A stretch of 64,000 nucleotides of DNA from Hormiphora californensis (Eukaryota > Animalia > Ctenophora): assembly GCA_020137815.1 (NCBI GenBank), contig CM035355.1, positions 2,666,001 through 2,730,000 on the forward strand, read 5' to 3'. Under the pieces are notes generated by a model. The model had not been told where the DNA came from. It saw only the letters and a program-made list of their open reading frames with translations, and did not search any database. Positions 52,260-64,000 of the stretch are shown here, piece after piece (positions within the stretch are counted from its first letter, which is position 1; each line of letters begins with the position of its first letter). A program made the translations under genes and the position numbers.

Positions 52260-53920
52260 TTAACCTCATCCACCACCACCACGGCTCATACTGGGTCTGG
52301 AAGGTCTGTAAGCTACCTGATGAGGAGGAGAATCGGGTTAGGTCATATATACTTGGTCTGGAAGGTCTGTAACTACCTGAGAGGAGGAGAATGGGGTTAT
52401 GTCATATACTTGGTCTGGTCTCTGGAAGGTAAGCAAATTTGAAATAAGCAACAAATTACAGTCGGACCCCGATTTAGGGGCCCCCGATTTAGTGGCACCC
52501 CGATTTAGGGACAGGATTTTTTTTCCCCCGATATAGGAAATTAACCTTATTTGACCCCGATTTAGTGGACACCCCGATTTAGTGGACAAGAGCCTTTCCC
52601 CCGAGGGTGTCCCTAAATCGGGGTCCGACTGTATTGTTTATGCTACTAAATCTTTAATTGCTAAGTATAATGTAAGATCACTAACCCGATCCACCGGCTC
52701 CATGTCCCGCTAAAGGATTAAAACTATCCCTCTTTAGTGTCACTGGTTTCTTGGCCGTTGTTGTAGCCGCTGTAGGAGCTCTTACTCTTATACCCCAGAC
52801 CTCTCTTGTGCCGCTCCCAATCCTCTATCTTCTCCTGTCGCTGCTGCTCATCTCTCTGAATTATATAGCAAACTGTTAGACACCAAAATACACCAAATTA
52901 AACCAAACTGTGGACTGTTAGACATTAAAATACACCAAACTATGGACTGTTAGACGACAAATCGCCCCTTTCAAAATGAATCAGTTCTGCAGTACCTCCC
53001 GCTGCTTGGCTGCCTCCTCTTGCGCGGCTGTGTCCACCTGGGCCTGGAGGCGCTCTCTTGCCCTCCTCATTGCCTCCATCCTGTTCATCTGCTCCTCTGG
53101 ACCTGGAGTGAGGGAGGGGTGGTTACAAGGGATGAAGGGAGGGGTCCGAGTGGGTTAGATATGGAAGGGGGTGACGTATTATAGCTATGAGGGTGGTACA
53201 CTTATTTCTGTTGTAGGGAAACTTCCACTACCCCAAAGTTTGTTCTAAAATGGTACTGGTTTTTTGCAGAACCGGTTTTATGGTAAAATCACGATTTGAG
53301 TCTAGCTACTACTTACTCAGTCTCGACTCGACACCGCCACTTCCACTGCTGGCTGATTTACCCTCCAGGTATGTGACAGTCCTCTGGTAGAGATAGTAGG
53401 TAATGACTGCCCCAATAACAATCACATACCCATTTCCCTCCATCATCTTCCAAACTGGGGAAATAACACGTGGTTTGTGTGGATCACGTCGCATTATATT
53501 TCATGTGAGAGTTCAGTAGATCAGCACGTGGTTGGAATGCGCATGTACCATGTTACTGAGTTTTCTCAATTGAGAAAGAGAAAAGTACTTTTAGCATGTG
53601 GTTGATAGTGAGAATTCTCGAGAAAGGAGAAAGTACTTGAGACAAGATAGTACTTGATCGCCAAGGACAAGATGTCTTGTTCTTGGCTCAAGTACTTAAG
53701 ATAGTACTTAAAAGATAGTACTTCTCCGATAAATTAGGGTATTTAAGATACCAGGTTTTTCTGACAAGTTTGTCAGGTAGTAATTAAGTAAAATATACTC
53801 ACGGTATCCAAAAGCATTCCAGAAAATCCCATCGTTAGCTTTGTTGGTTAGGACATTGGGATGTTCCAAGGGATCGTGATCAATGATAACCCCATCATCA
53901 TCAGGTACAGGTTCGGCCAT
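52260..53920 (-). CDS. SELENOS: Selenoprotein S (VIMP) ending GGUG*
   Basis: Five exons: TM GYVIVIGAVITYYLY; RMEAMRRARERLQ; RQEKIEDWE; FNPLAG; YRPSRPSMSRGGGG-TGA(52266-52268)-GGT-TAA. Two apparent 1-nt indels (~52785, ~52310). Confidence 0.88.
52459..52631. mobile_element. Tc1/mariner-type MITE
   Basis: TA TSD; TIR CAGTCGGACCCCGATTTAGGG; internal CCCCGATTTAG repeats. Confidence 0.85.
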
Positions 53921-54252
53921 GTCCCGGGTCACGTGGTGTGTCACGTGACTTCCTAATAAGGAAGTTTCAGTTTTATCACGATTCACGTGACTTCATGTTT
54001 AGCAAAGGATATCATTAACTTATTCGAGATTATTTTTTATAGGAGGGCCACAAATAAACAGGGGCACAGTAATTGGGCTAACTAGGCTAAGTGAGTTATA
54101 ATTAGCAAAAAAGTAGAGAGAGAGTTATAATTATCAAGTTGAGAAAAGTAATTGGCCACTCTCAGGCTGCTAAGTGGTCGCAGGAGTAAGGGAGGAGTGC
54201 ACTTCGTACCTACTTTTGAGATCAATTACCTCCAGGCCTCTCCAATCCGTAA

Positions 54253-54372
<120 letters not shown>

Positions 54373-54815
54373 TCTGTGTGTACAAAGATCATAGCTGAGT
54401 CTGTAGTAAGTGGTTGCATCTACTACAGCTCAATTCTCTTTCTCTCTCCTGACTTTATCCGGATAAGATAAAGACCTTTCTCTCTATCTTTATTGCTTGT
54501 TTTACAGTAACATCTTGTTTACTTATTCCAATATATATACGAAACATTGCTCTTTGCAGAGCGGTACTTCTGTAACTACTCTAGGAAGTGTTAGAACAAT
54601 AGTGACAGTCCCGCCCCTTTTGTGTAAATTCATTGACGTCGTTTGTTTCTATTTCTCACTCTCTTTTTAATAAACTATCCGGTAGTAGTTGTTCGTTCTT
54701 TCAATCTCTGTTTGTAGTTGCAAACTGTATTGTATATTCCTTGTTTTATTACCCGGGGCACGGGGAGGGAGGGTCGAACAAGGCTAATATATATTCCGAA
54801 TTTGTTCAGTTTAGT

Positions 54816-56548
54816 ATGGCAGCAGGAACTAAACCAACAGTTGACACAGAACTTGAGAACGTTCCGAAACTAAAACCTGGCGCTTCCTATGATGTATTCA
54901 CTGCATGGGTCCATGAATTAGGTCAGTTAATTGAATGAATAATATTGAGTCTGTCTGGTAAATTATAAAGTATCTCTATGTCTTTATATTTCATCTTTTA
55001 CAAACCAAATTGAATGAACTGTTTATGTAATTACCAGGCTAGTCGGGGGAATTTACCGGTTGAGTAAATAAATCATCAAACTTCTAGTTCCATGCAATTA
55101 AAAAAGTTTGGGAAAATATGCCTTTCGAGATACACGGTACAGTATATCGAGTAAATGTATCTTTGTGACTGGAGTAAAAGAGAAATCGTATAATACATAA
55201 ATATAATACTCTATCTAACAGATCCTTTTTTTTCAGAGATGTATTTCAAAGTGAACGGTATAACTGATCTAGTTAGGAGGTATTCTTTGTTCATGGTGTA
55301 TGGGGGATCTTTCCTTACTGAGATAGTAAAGGAAGCTAGAAATAGGTAACAAGCAGAACTAAATTATGTAGTATGTTCAGGAGTATACAAGCAAGCTTCT
55401 GTATTTGTTAAGTTTAGGTTTATGACCATAATATTATTTGCCTAGCTAGACTGTGTTTTGCGCACCCCATTACAAATGTAAAGGAGGGTTAGAACATAAC
55501 AAAATATTATGAGTTTTCAACAAACAGTAATTTAACTGTTAAATTCATAAAAACGCTATTAATTCGTTTACTACAGACCAGTCAATCCAGTAAAGAATTC
55601 AGGAGGGACAATTAATGATTTATACGACAAAACAAGAGACATTGTCCTGGACAACTATCGCCCTTCCACAAGGTAACAACTAAGAAGCTGGTAGTGAACA
55701 TTTCATTTCGCAAACCCTGTTTCCGAAAGTCGATTGGACTTTTATCAAAAGTATTTTTTACTGTCAAAAGTCTTTTTTTACTGAGGTCATGCAGGATGTG
55801 TGGATGAGAAAACTAAATTTATGTCCCCCCCCCCCTAGTGTAACAGTAGAGAGAATGAAGTTCAGGAGCTGTACGCCCTCCCTCACTGACACACACCAGA
55901 CATTCATTGAGAAGCTGAGGAGAAAGGCAGTGTATTGCAAGTTTAATGATGGATACAGGTAACTGTGCAGCTCAAAGTTGGAATACTTATTCTTACAGTT
56001 TCTAAACCACTGCTTCTTTTATTTTGTAAAATTTGACATATTTTTCAGCGAGGAGGATGCAATAGTGGAACAATTCATGGACAAGTGCCTGTGGGGTAAT
56101 CTTAAGACTCGGCTTGCTTTTGAGCAAAGATTGACAATCAAGAGAATTCTGGAAGTGGCCAGTGAGATAAAGAGCGAGCCACTAACTAAGAGAAGTGACT
56201 ACACATACCAGAACCCTGCAGCGGAAAAACTATTTAGTACTGTGCCCAAGGAATGGAAAAATATTAACAAGGTAGGAGGTAACAGTTATACTTGACATTC
56301 AATTGTCAAATATTTATTCTCATCCTGTAGTACAATCTTCCATTGCTTTGAACGGAAATCTGACTTGTTAATGAACAATTGTTTTTCAGATTCCGGGCAC
56401 AGGTAAGACTGTTTACAAACTTGAGAATCTCTACAGCACACGAAACAGAGAGAGTATTCCAGATCCCAAGGCGATTTGTGGGACCTGCAAAAAGATGGGA
56501 CATTTACCTCAGTATTGCTTGTGGAGAAAACCTAGCGAGAGTCAGTAG
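54816..56548 (+). CDS. Intron-containing Ty3/Gypsy Gag-derived gene (capsid-like region + CCHC zinc knuckle), 270 aa
   Basis: Six phase-compatible GT-AG exons: 54816-54921, 55237-55345, 55577-55672, 55839-55958, 56049-56271, 56390-56548 (813 nt). Gag-like motifs W..ELEMYF..NGI, ERMKFRSC...FIEKLRRKAVYCKF...IVEQF...RLAFEQRLTIKRILEVA, and CGTCKKMGHLPQYC. Confidence 0.82.
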
Positions 56549-56707
56549 ATGAACACTAATTTGTAATATTTGTGTGCAGTTTGTGTGTTAACAACTATAA
56601 ATGTTAAAGAATTCGATCTATAAGATTTAACTAAATTTGTTTTTACGCCTGAAAAAAAAGGAAATGCAGATTAAGATTTAAGGAGACAAAATATGATGAG
56701 GTTTATG

Positions 56708-56978
56708 TAAAGTCGGATTTTTTGAAACTGTCACCCCCCTGGGTGGCGCGCGAGTTTTTATTTGCGCGTCGGAAACGTGTCAGAGACTTGTTTTGGCTCT
56801 CACGCCTTTGTTTCTTGACCAATTTCGTCAAACCAAAGTTTTACGGACTCACAAAATTATGCTCTTTCCGATGATATGCGGCTTTTTGCCGAAAAGTGAG
56901 AGGAAGTGGGGGCTGTCACGCGCAAATACGACGCCGCGCGTGAAAAGGGGGGTGACAGTTTCAAAAAATCCGACTTTA
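56708..56978. mobile_element. MITE with ~32-bp TIRs
   Basis: taaagtcggattttttgaaactgtcacccccc / ggggggtgacagtttcaaaaaatccgacttta. Confidence 0.75.
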
Positions 56979-57635
56979 TAACTCGTATGTTTTTAGAGCT
57001 AGATGTAGATGCAAAACTCGGTTAAACAACCAGCCGGAAGCGAAAAATCAGTAAAAACGGACGGGGAAAATGTTTGTTTTTTCAGTGGCGTCTGGAAATC
57101 TTGAGATCTTAATTTTATCAGCATTTAGTCGGCGCGCGCCGCGGCGTTAACTTTGCGCGTGCTAAAAGTGACGTGTTGTAGCGCGCTTTGTAAGATGGCG
57201 CGTTCAGTAGAATGCTGCCACAACATGGTGAGGGTCTCGCGCCCTACGTCAACGTCTGACATTGTAGTGACGTCAGTTGTTTGCCATTACCTTCTTTGCA
57301 GAAGATGCAGTGTGCAGCAGTTTAACTGGCCACGACCAAGGGCGGAAGAAGGATGGTAGACACGCTGTGATGAGGGATAGGGCGGAGAGAGTGTGTGTGA
57401 GAGAATGATGGGCTTTGGGGGACGAAAAATGTATGATTATTACTTCTCAATTTTGAGACATTTCATACAAAATAAAACTCAGTAGTTTTGAGTCGTCAAA
57501 TAGGCGGCCAGCGTAGCCCATGGATCAAAACAACAAAACAGAACAAGCAACAACAACATTTCAACTCTGAAACCGGTTTATAAAACTAGCATAAACTCAG
57601 GAAACTATTTTACTAATCCCCACTCTCTATCACTA

Positions 57636-59352
57636 TCACTGTCCATTATATACAGTCTGTACACTAGCTTGGTTCAGAATAGCCTTAACACTGGCTCTTT
57701 CTTCAGCTGATAATTCTCCACGGGGGAATTTAACATCAAAAGTAATATACATGTTACCAAGTTTATTCCTGTTTTCAAAGTTAGGCATTCCCTCTCCCTT
57801 TTTCATGATGGTAGCACCATACCAAGTTACTGCTGTTCGTTTTACGGGTACTTTATGTCCATCCAAATGTAATATGTTCATATCAAATCCGATTAGAGCC
57901 TCTTGAAGTGAGATAGTCAGGTTGGTGTAGAGATCATCACCCTTGCGGTGGAATCGGGCATGTCGGAGGGTCTTCACCTTGAAGTATAGGTCACCTGACT
58001 CTCCCTCCATGTGGGGCTCTCCCTTTCCTGTGGAAGAGAGGAGGGGAGTTAGATGATTTGGGGTTATACTGATGGGATAATGTTTAGCGGGGTTGGAATC
58101 CCTTATCTCTATATCTTCCCTGAATCTTCAATGAATAAGAAACATCTGGGGATTCACTACTATGTGTCTGTGTTGCACTGTACCAATTATACCCAAATTG
58201 ACACACCCACATTTCTCTCTCTTTAGGGATTTGAAAAAAAACACTTACCGGAGAATTTCTGGACCATTCCATCGATCATTCCTGGCTCAATTTCCAGTTC
58301 TATCTCCTCAGTTTCAGTTACTAGTTTCAGTCCAGGACACTGGTCACACACACGATGCTGAGTCATCTGGGGAAATGAGGGGAGTAGTTAGTTGGTTTCA
58401 GTTATTTTACCTCCCCTGCTATAACGCTATCCGGTGTATCATAACGTATTAATGGCGTGAATTCATTCATAGGTTACGTGTAGCAAACTTCCCAAACCTA
58501 GAAACTTAAAAAAGTTTGTACTATAATCTCGGACAATCTAGGGGTAAACTGCAATATCTTACCTGGAAGGATCCAGGTCCGGTCATGTGAGTCCTCATTT
58601 CCATTCTACAGTTACACTGTCTCTGTCCACCAGTCTCTTTATACACAGGTCTGTCCCTCTTAATTGTTACAAAGTTACCCAGATACAACTCTTCTAATGT
58701 CACTATCAAATCCACCACAACATCGCTACCCTTCCTCTCCTGCTGCTCCTGCTCCTGGCCACCAAACCCAAAGTGACCAAAGAAGTTGGCAAACGGATCA
58801 AAGTTGGCTCCACCTCCCTGTCCCATCTTTTTGACACCCTCCTCTCCGTGTTTATCAAATGTTTTCCTTTTTTCATCGTCAGCAAGTGTCTCATATGCCT
58901 CGCTAATTTCTTTGAACTTGTCAGCGGCTGTTTCATCGTCAGGGTTTTTGTCGGGGTGATATTTCATTGCCAACTTTCTGTAAGCCTTCTTGATTTCTTT
59001 CTTGCTCGCTGACCTGGATAATGGGGTAATTGTATAAATTGATTTTGTAGAAATTTATATTACATATAACATGGTGACTGGCGGGATCTGTGTTTTAAAC
59101 AACTCCCCGGGGAATGGGAATACAATGTTTACAACGTAGATCCCGCACAAATAGTGCACCATTGATTGTAAAGTTTAAAGTGAGTACCAAGATTATTAGT
59201 TAGGTCAAAATGTCTCACGCAATAGCAACTCAATAACCAGACAACAACGAACACTAAACGCACCTGCTAACACCTAAGATATTGTAGAAGTCCCGTCCTG
59301 CCAGGGCCAGGAGGAGAATGGAGAAGAGAACTAACACACGCCGACACACCAT
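57636..59352 (-). CDS. DNAJB11: ER DnaJ chaperone ERdj3
   Basis: Signal peptide + [11 protein letters not shown]; J-domain KYHPDKN; [12 protein letters not shown]; [14 protein letters not shown]; GEGEPH..GE.GDL; ends VYNGQ*. Confidence 0.95.
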
Positions 59353-60113
59353 ATCTGACTAGGAGTATTGTAAGTAACATAAGGGTATTATACATTTGTT
59401 AAAATCAAACATAGTTTTCAAACTAAAATTAGAGTTTGTCAAAGAATCAATAAGTAATGAGATCAAAGTATTATGGGGTTAAAACAGAAAATATCAGGGT
59501 TATTGTCACGTATGGAGGGCCTCCATTGGAGGCACGACACTATGTTGCGACTTGCCTAGGTAGACTGTGTTTCGGCCCCCCCCCCCTTCCTTAACAAATG
59601 TAAAGGGAGGGTTAGAACATAACACATTGCGACGTGCATAGGATTGCGACGTGCATGCCTCCGTTAGTCACGTATTACGTAACACATGCATCCTCCCTCT
59701 GACGGCTGACACACGGTTTCCAGGACTTTGTGAGATATGGAATAAGACTATAGTGATACAAGGGACAAGTTACAACGAGAGGATGAAAGACTGGGTAAAT
59801 GATGAGAGACTGGGACAGAAATGTTGGAAGAAAGAAAATGAGATAGGAAGAAAGAAAATGAGATAGAAAGAACTAGTGAGAGCATGAGAGAAAGAACAGT
59901 CTAGAATGACGGACACTGATGGATAACAAATACAATGCATCAAACAGAGCTTACACGTGACATTGTGAGATGGCCTCTATGACTTGATTATCCTCTAACT
60001 GCCCAGTGTGCAGGCTAGGACGGTAGCAAGTAAATATCCGAGTTAACTCCGCCGATGTGATGATCCGAGGGGCGAGGGGCGGCCAATGGTATTAGAATTC
60101 GGACCATGGCGAT

Positions 60114-63100
60114 GGTAATCTTGTAATCTTGTAATCTTCTTCGTGTACAAACTACACAGGTGTCAGTTCCTCACAGAGCCTCCCCCTCCCTGGAAACGAT
60201 CCGTATCCAGTCCAAGATTGAATTGTTGTTTTGTTTTGGGTATCCGAGAACCGGTGGGCGATCCGGAAATCTCGTCATCCATTTCCCTAGTAGTACCTTG
60301 AACGACGGTAGGTTTTCCGCTAAGTTCACTTCCCTGGGTAGTGTGTTCCATAGTCGAGTCGCTCTACAGATAAACGAGTTGTGGTACTTCGTCGCGACTG
60401 ACTTCTGTGTGTTTGTGGGACATGTTGGGACCTCCGCTTTTTTCCCGAGACGGTTGTTGTTATAAAAGCGGATGCCGATGTTGTTGGGTGCGTTGCCGTT
60501 TGCCATCTTCCACATCATTATGATGCTGTAACGTTCTCGGCGGCGTTGAAGGGAAGTAAAATTCAGCTTTTTCAAACGCTCCCAGTAGTTTAGTTCAGCC
60601 ATTCCCTTGATCCGTTTGGTGAACTTCCGCTGGATTGCTTCAACGTCCTGGATGTCAGAGATCTTTGGCGAATCCCATAGTGGACAGCAATATTCCAGTT
60701 TACTGCGGACCAGACTTTTGTACAGGATAGTCATAGTTTTTTCCTCCCTTGTTTTGAAGGCCCTCAATACCCATGCACTCATCTTTCGGGCGTCAGATGT
60801 CATTTTTCCTATTTGATGTTCCCAGGATAAATCATCTGACAGTTGGACCCCTAAGTCACGGACACAATGTTTTGGTTCAATCTTGAGTCCCTCTGGAGTA
60901 TAGTACGTTTGGAGGTCTTGGGTGAATGGTAACTGTTTAAGTAGTTGAGTTTTGTTGAGAGAGTATTGCAAAACCTCAAACTTATCTTCGTTCAGACTCA
61001 TACTACTACTACTACTACTACTCGGAGTGCCTGGGCTTGCCTACGGCAAGCCCACAGGGACTATCGCAAAGCGATATCGCCGGCACTGGAGAAGAGTCCC
61101 CCCGCCCTCTCCCCTCGCATGGAACTACCATCTGGCAGGTTCACAATATAACGAGAGATTTGGAGTGGGGCTCTTCTCGGGGTTGTTCTAGTCCTGTGTG
61201 GTTATTTTTACCAGGAACGTTTATACATACTTTGATCTTGAACCACAGTTTCGTCTTCGTTTTCAATTAATCTTTGATACGGGATATGTGAGACCTATCT
61301 GTCTGATTAGGTTCAATTAGGTTAGAAGGCTAAACTAGCAAGGATTTGTTCTCAGTCCACAGTTTTGTTTAGTATGTATATATTGGTGGCGGGTGGGGTG
61401 GTTCGGGCTGGGTGGAGGCTAATAGGGCTAGATATTTGGTTGAAAAGGGGAGTGAGAAAAATAGGGCTAGATATTGGGTTGAATTCTTTTAATTTTATTG
61501 ACATAATACCATGTAGAACATGTGTTTAGGTACCAGATATTATCTGTATACAGCCATCTTAATTCTTGGAGCAGCAAACAGTGGCCTTCTGAATTGCTAC
61601 TCGTTCAGACTCATGTTGTTGGCCTTCGACCAAATTCCCACTTTTGTCAGGTCCTCTTGGAGTTGGTCATGTGACACTTCCCTTTCAATTCCCTTTATGA
61701 GTTTAGTGTCGTCGGCAAGAGTTTTGGTTGTTGAGTGTACAACGGCTGAGTTTAGGTCTGCAACATATATGATGAAGAGTATTGGCCCGAGTACGGTTCC
61801 TTGAGGAACTCCACTAAGCACTTTCTCCAGTGATGAGAGTTTTCCATCCACCACGACAGTTTGGTATCTGTCGGTCAGGAAGCATCTGATCCAACTGAGA
61901 ACTTTTCCGCGGATACCGTAACGTTCTAGCTTTGCCAGGAGAACGCTGATGTCGACCTTATCAAATGCCTTTGCATAGTCGACATATATAACGTCGACTT
62001 CGTTTCCCTCCCTTAGTTCTTTTAGGATTGTATCCACGTGTTCAATCAACTGGGTGAGACAGCTCCGTTGCTTCCGGAACCCATGCTGAGATTCGGGAAA
62101 TAGGTTATTCTCCTCGAAGTGTTGGACAAGGTGTTTCTTCATGACACGTTCGAATGTTTTGATGACATTTGACGTGAGGGAGACGGGGCGGTAATTCGCA
62201 GCTTTGGTTCTATCTCCTTTTTTGAAGATGGGTACTACTTGTTGTTTCTTCATAGACGGTGGGATGACTTCCTCTTCCATTGATTTGTTCCAGAGGAGCC
62301 AAAAAGGGTAGCAAAGCTGTGCTCTGCACTCATAAAGAATCCTAGCCGGGATGTCACCGTCCGGTGCCGCTCCATACGGATCAATTTCCTTTAGGGCGGA
62401 CTGGATATCCTCTGGCGTAAAGTCAAAGTTTTCAGTGACCAGATTTGGTTCCGACTTAATCCAGGTCAGGCTCTTCTCAGCGTCTACATCAGCAGGGTTG
62501 CTGAACACTCCTACATATTGGTTTTGTAGTAGCTGTGCTTTCTCAGCACTGTCGGTTGTCAGGCTTCCATCCTGTCTCCTCAGTGGTGCGATTGTTGAAG
62601 CTGTTTTAGACTTCTTTTTCGCATAAGTGTAGAAGAAACGAGGGTTGATTTTTATCGTTCCGACTGCGTTTATCTCCTCTTGGTCTAGGTTTTCAAGGAT
62701 CTTCTCCTTCCTTCTGAGAGTTAGGAGGTCCAGTTCCTCATAAAGAGTTTCCTTACTGAGTGGGTCAAGATCTCCTTCTAGTTTCTTCTTTATTTTTCTT
62801 GACTTCCGTTTAAAAGATTCAGATATCCTCTGTGTATGCCGTTTTCCTTTTCCGTGTTCGGCCTTACCAGGGAGGGTTTCTTCTGCAATTTCACGTACGA
62901 TTTGGGTTACGTAGGTCTTGAACTGCTCAAGGTCATAAACATCACCATTTTTGCAGAGCTGGAGTAGTCCATCCCAGTTTATTTCGCACAGTTGTGTTTT
63001 CATTGGGAGGTAGTCAACATTATGTATCTTCACTTTTCTGAAGGGGTCATCTTCAGTTTTAGCGTTAACAACACTGTCCAATGGGTTGTATGCCATGGTA

Positions 63101-64000
63101 CATTCCACTACACGATGGTCAGATATTTTGCTATCTACAGTTGTCACATTTGCAAAGTATTCAGGGGTGTTTGTGAACACCAGATCCAGGATATTCGTTC
63201 CTCTTGTTGGGGTTGTGACAAGTTGTGTAATGAAATTCTCGTTGACGAATTCAAGAGTTTGGTGGTAAGGGCCAGCCTCTCTTCCTCCTTGGGATGGAAA
63301 TGTCATTGTTTCCCAATCTATGTTTGGGAGATTGAAGTCTCCGATGATAATAATCTCTGGTGTTCGCCCATCATTTTCCTCGATAACCGAGTTGATCTCT
63401 GCTTGGAGTTTCGTTAGAGATTCTGCATACGATTTTTCCTCTGTGTCTGGTGGTCGGTACATACAGGCAAAGAAAAGGTTTTTCTGTTCGGAGAAAGCGG
63501 TTACAAGACTTGTCTGGCGGTCACTCCATGAAAATTGTTTTGTAATCGGCACGTCTTTGTTGATGTATAACAAGCAACCTCCTCCGACTTTCAATTCTCT
63601 ATCTGCTCTCAGAGTAACATATCCGGGAATCGATATTTGGGCATCTGATATGTAACTTTTTAGCCACGTTTCGGTGATACCCACTGCTAAAACAGGTGGT
63701 TCGTTTGAGCTCGGGGACATCAGTGTTTCCTGGATGTAGGGGAGTTTCCATTTAGTCTCCCCACCAGCTGCCGGTGAGATCGACCTGCAGTTTAGTAGAA
63801 GGACCTTTGAGATCGGTGAGTCAGAGGATGGAGTGTCTGTAGCTCTCCTATTCTCTCTGTTGGTATCATGTAGTCTGGCATAATCCCTGAGTGGTCCATG
63901 GTGAAGGGTTTGACCGGAGAGCTTGTATCCCTTTGGATTAGGGCTTTCATCAGCTGTTGAATCTGTTGACCCTGATATAGGAACCCTTCCTTCATTTCCT
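60114..64000 (-). mobile_element. Young CR1/L2-group LINE (ORF2 APE+RT), split by a nested insertion; 5' part outside the window
   Basis: LLNCRS, ITETWL, GDFNLP, SDH, NYRPVSLTS, QHGF, GVPQGTVLGP, LADD, SLQRRR; (CAAGATTA)n 3' tail at ~60114-60138. Confidence 0.95.
61002..61600 (-). mobile_element. ~600-bp non-LTR (SINE or truncated LINE-like) insertion within the LINE ORF2
   Basis: 14-bp TSD tcgttcagactcat (60988-61001 and 61601-61614); (GTA)n tail on the minus strand; subterminal hairpin gggcttgcc-gta-ggcaagccc. Confidence 0.85.

Noticed and set aside
59505-59530. ERSE-like CCAAT-N9-CCATA upstream of DNAJB11
   Set aside because: Does not match CCAAT-N9-CCACG and the TSS is unknown

Overview
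Gene-dense eukaryotic (invertebrate animal-like) genomic DNA with short GT-AG introns, (GA)n microsatellites, many palindromic/MITE-type DNA elements and two CR1/L2-group LINEs. I spliced the genes by hand. Recognisable genes: a calmodulin-like EF-hand gene, a CREC (calumenin/reticulocalbin) gene ending in HTEL, an intronless divergent homeobox gene, PHPT1, an SLC35D nucleotide-sugar transporter, a tetraspanin, ATG16L1, PICK1, selenoprotein S (Sec UGA plus SECIS) and DNAJB11. Three spliced genes are largely invisible in the ORF track. The best candidate for a new system is a six-exon, frame-intact, 270-aa Ty3/Gypsy Gag-like gene with a CCHC knuckle and no pol or LTR (54816-56548), which looks like a domesticated capsid gene. 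The others are a 105-aa BIM-like tail-anchored protein (36862-37293) and a GPI-anchored Ly6/uPAR-like protein (13032-15036). Two window-wide patterns recur: tandem duplications centred on splice sites, and 3' splice acceptors just upstream of start codons in closely packed co-oriented genes (possible SL trans-splicing/operons). Several single-base frameshifts and one homopolymer-garbled stretch suggest assembly errors. The organism cannot be determined; a ctenophore-like origin is only a guess.
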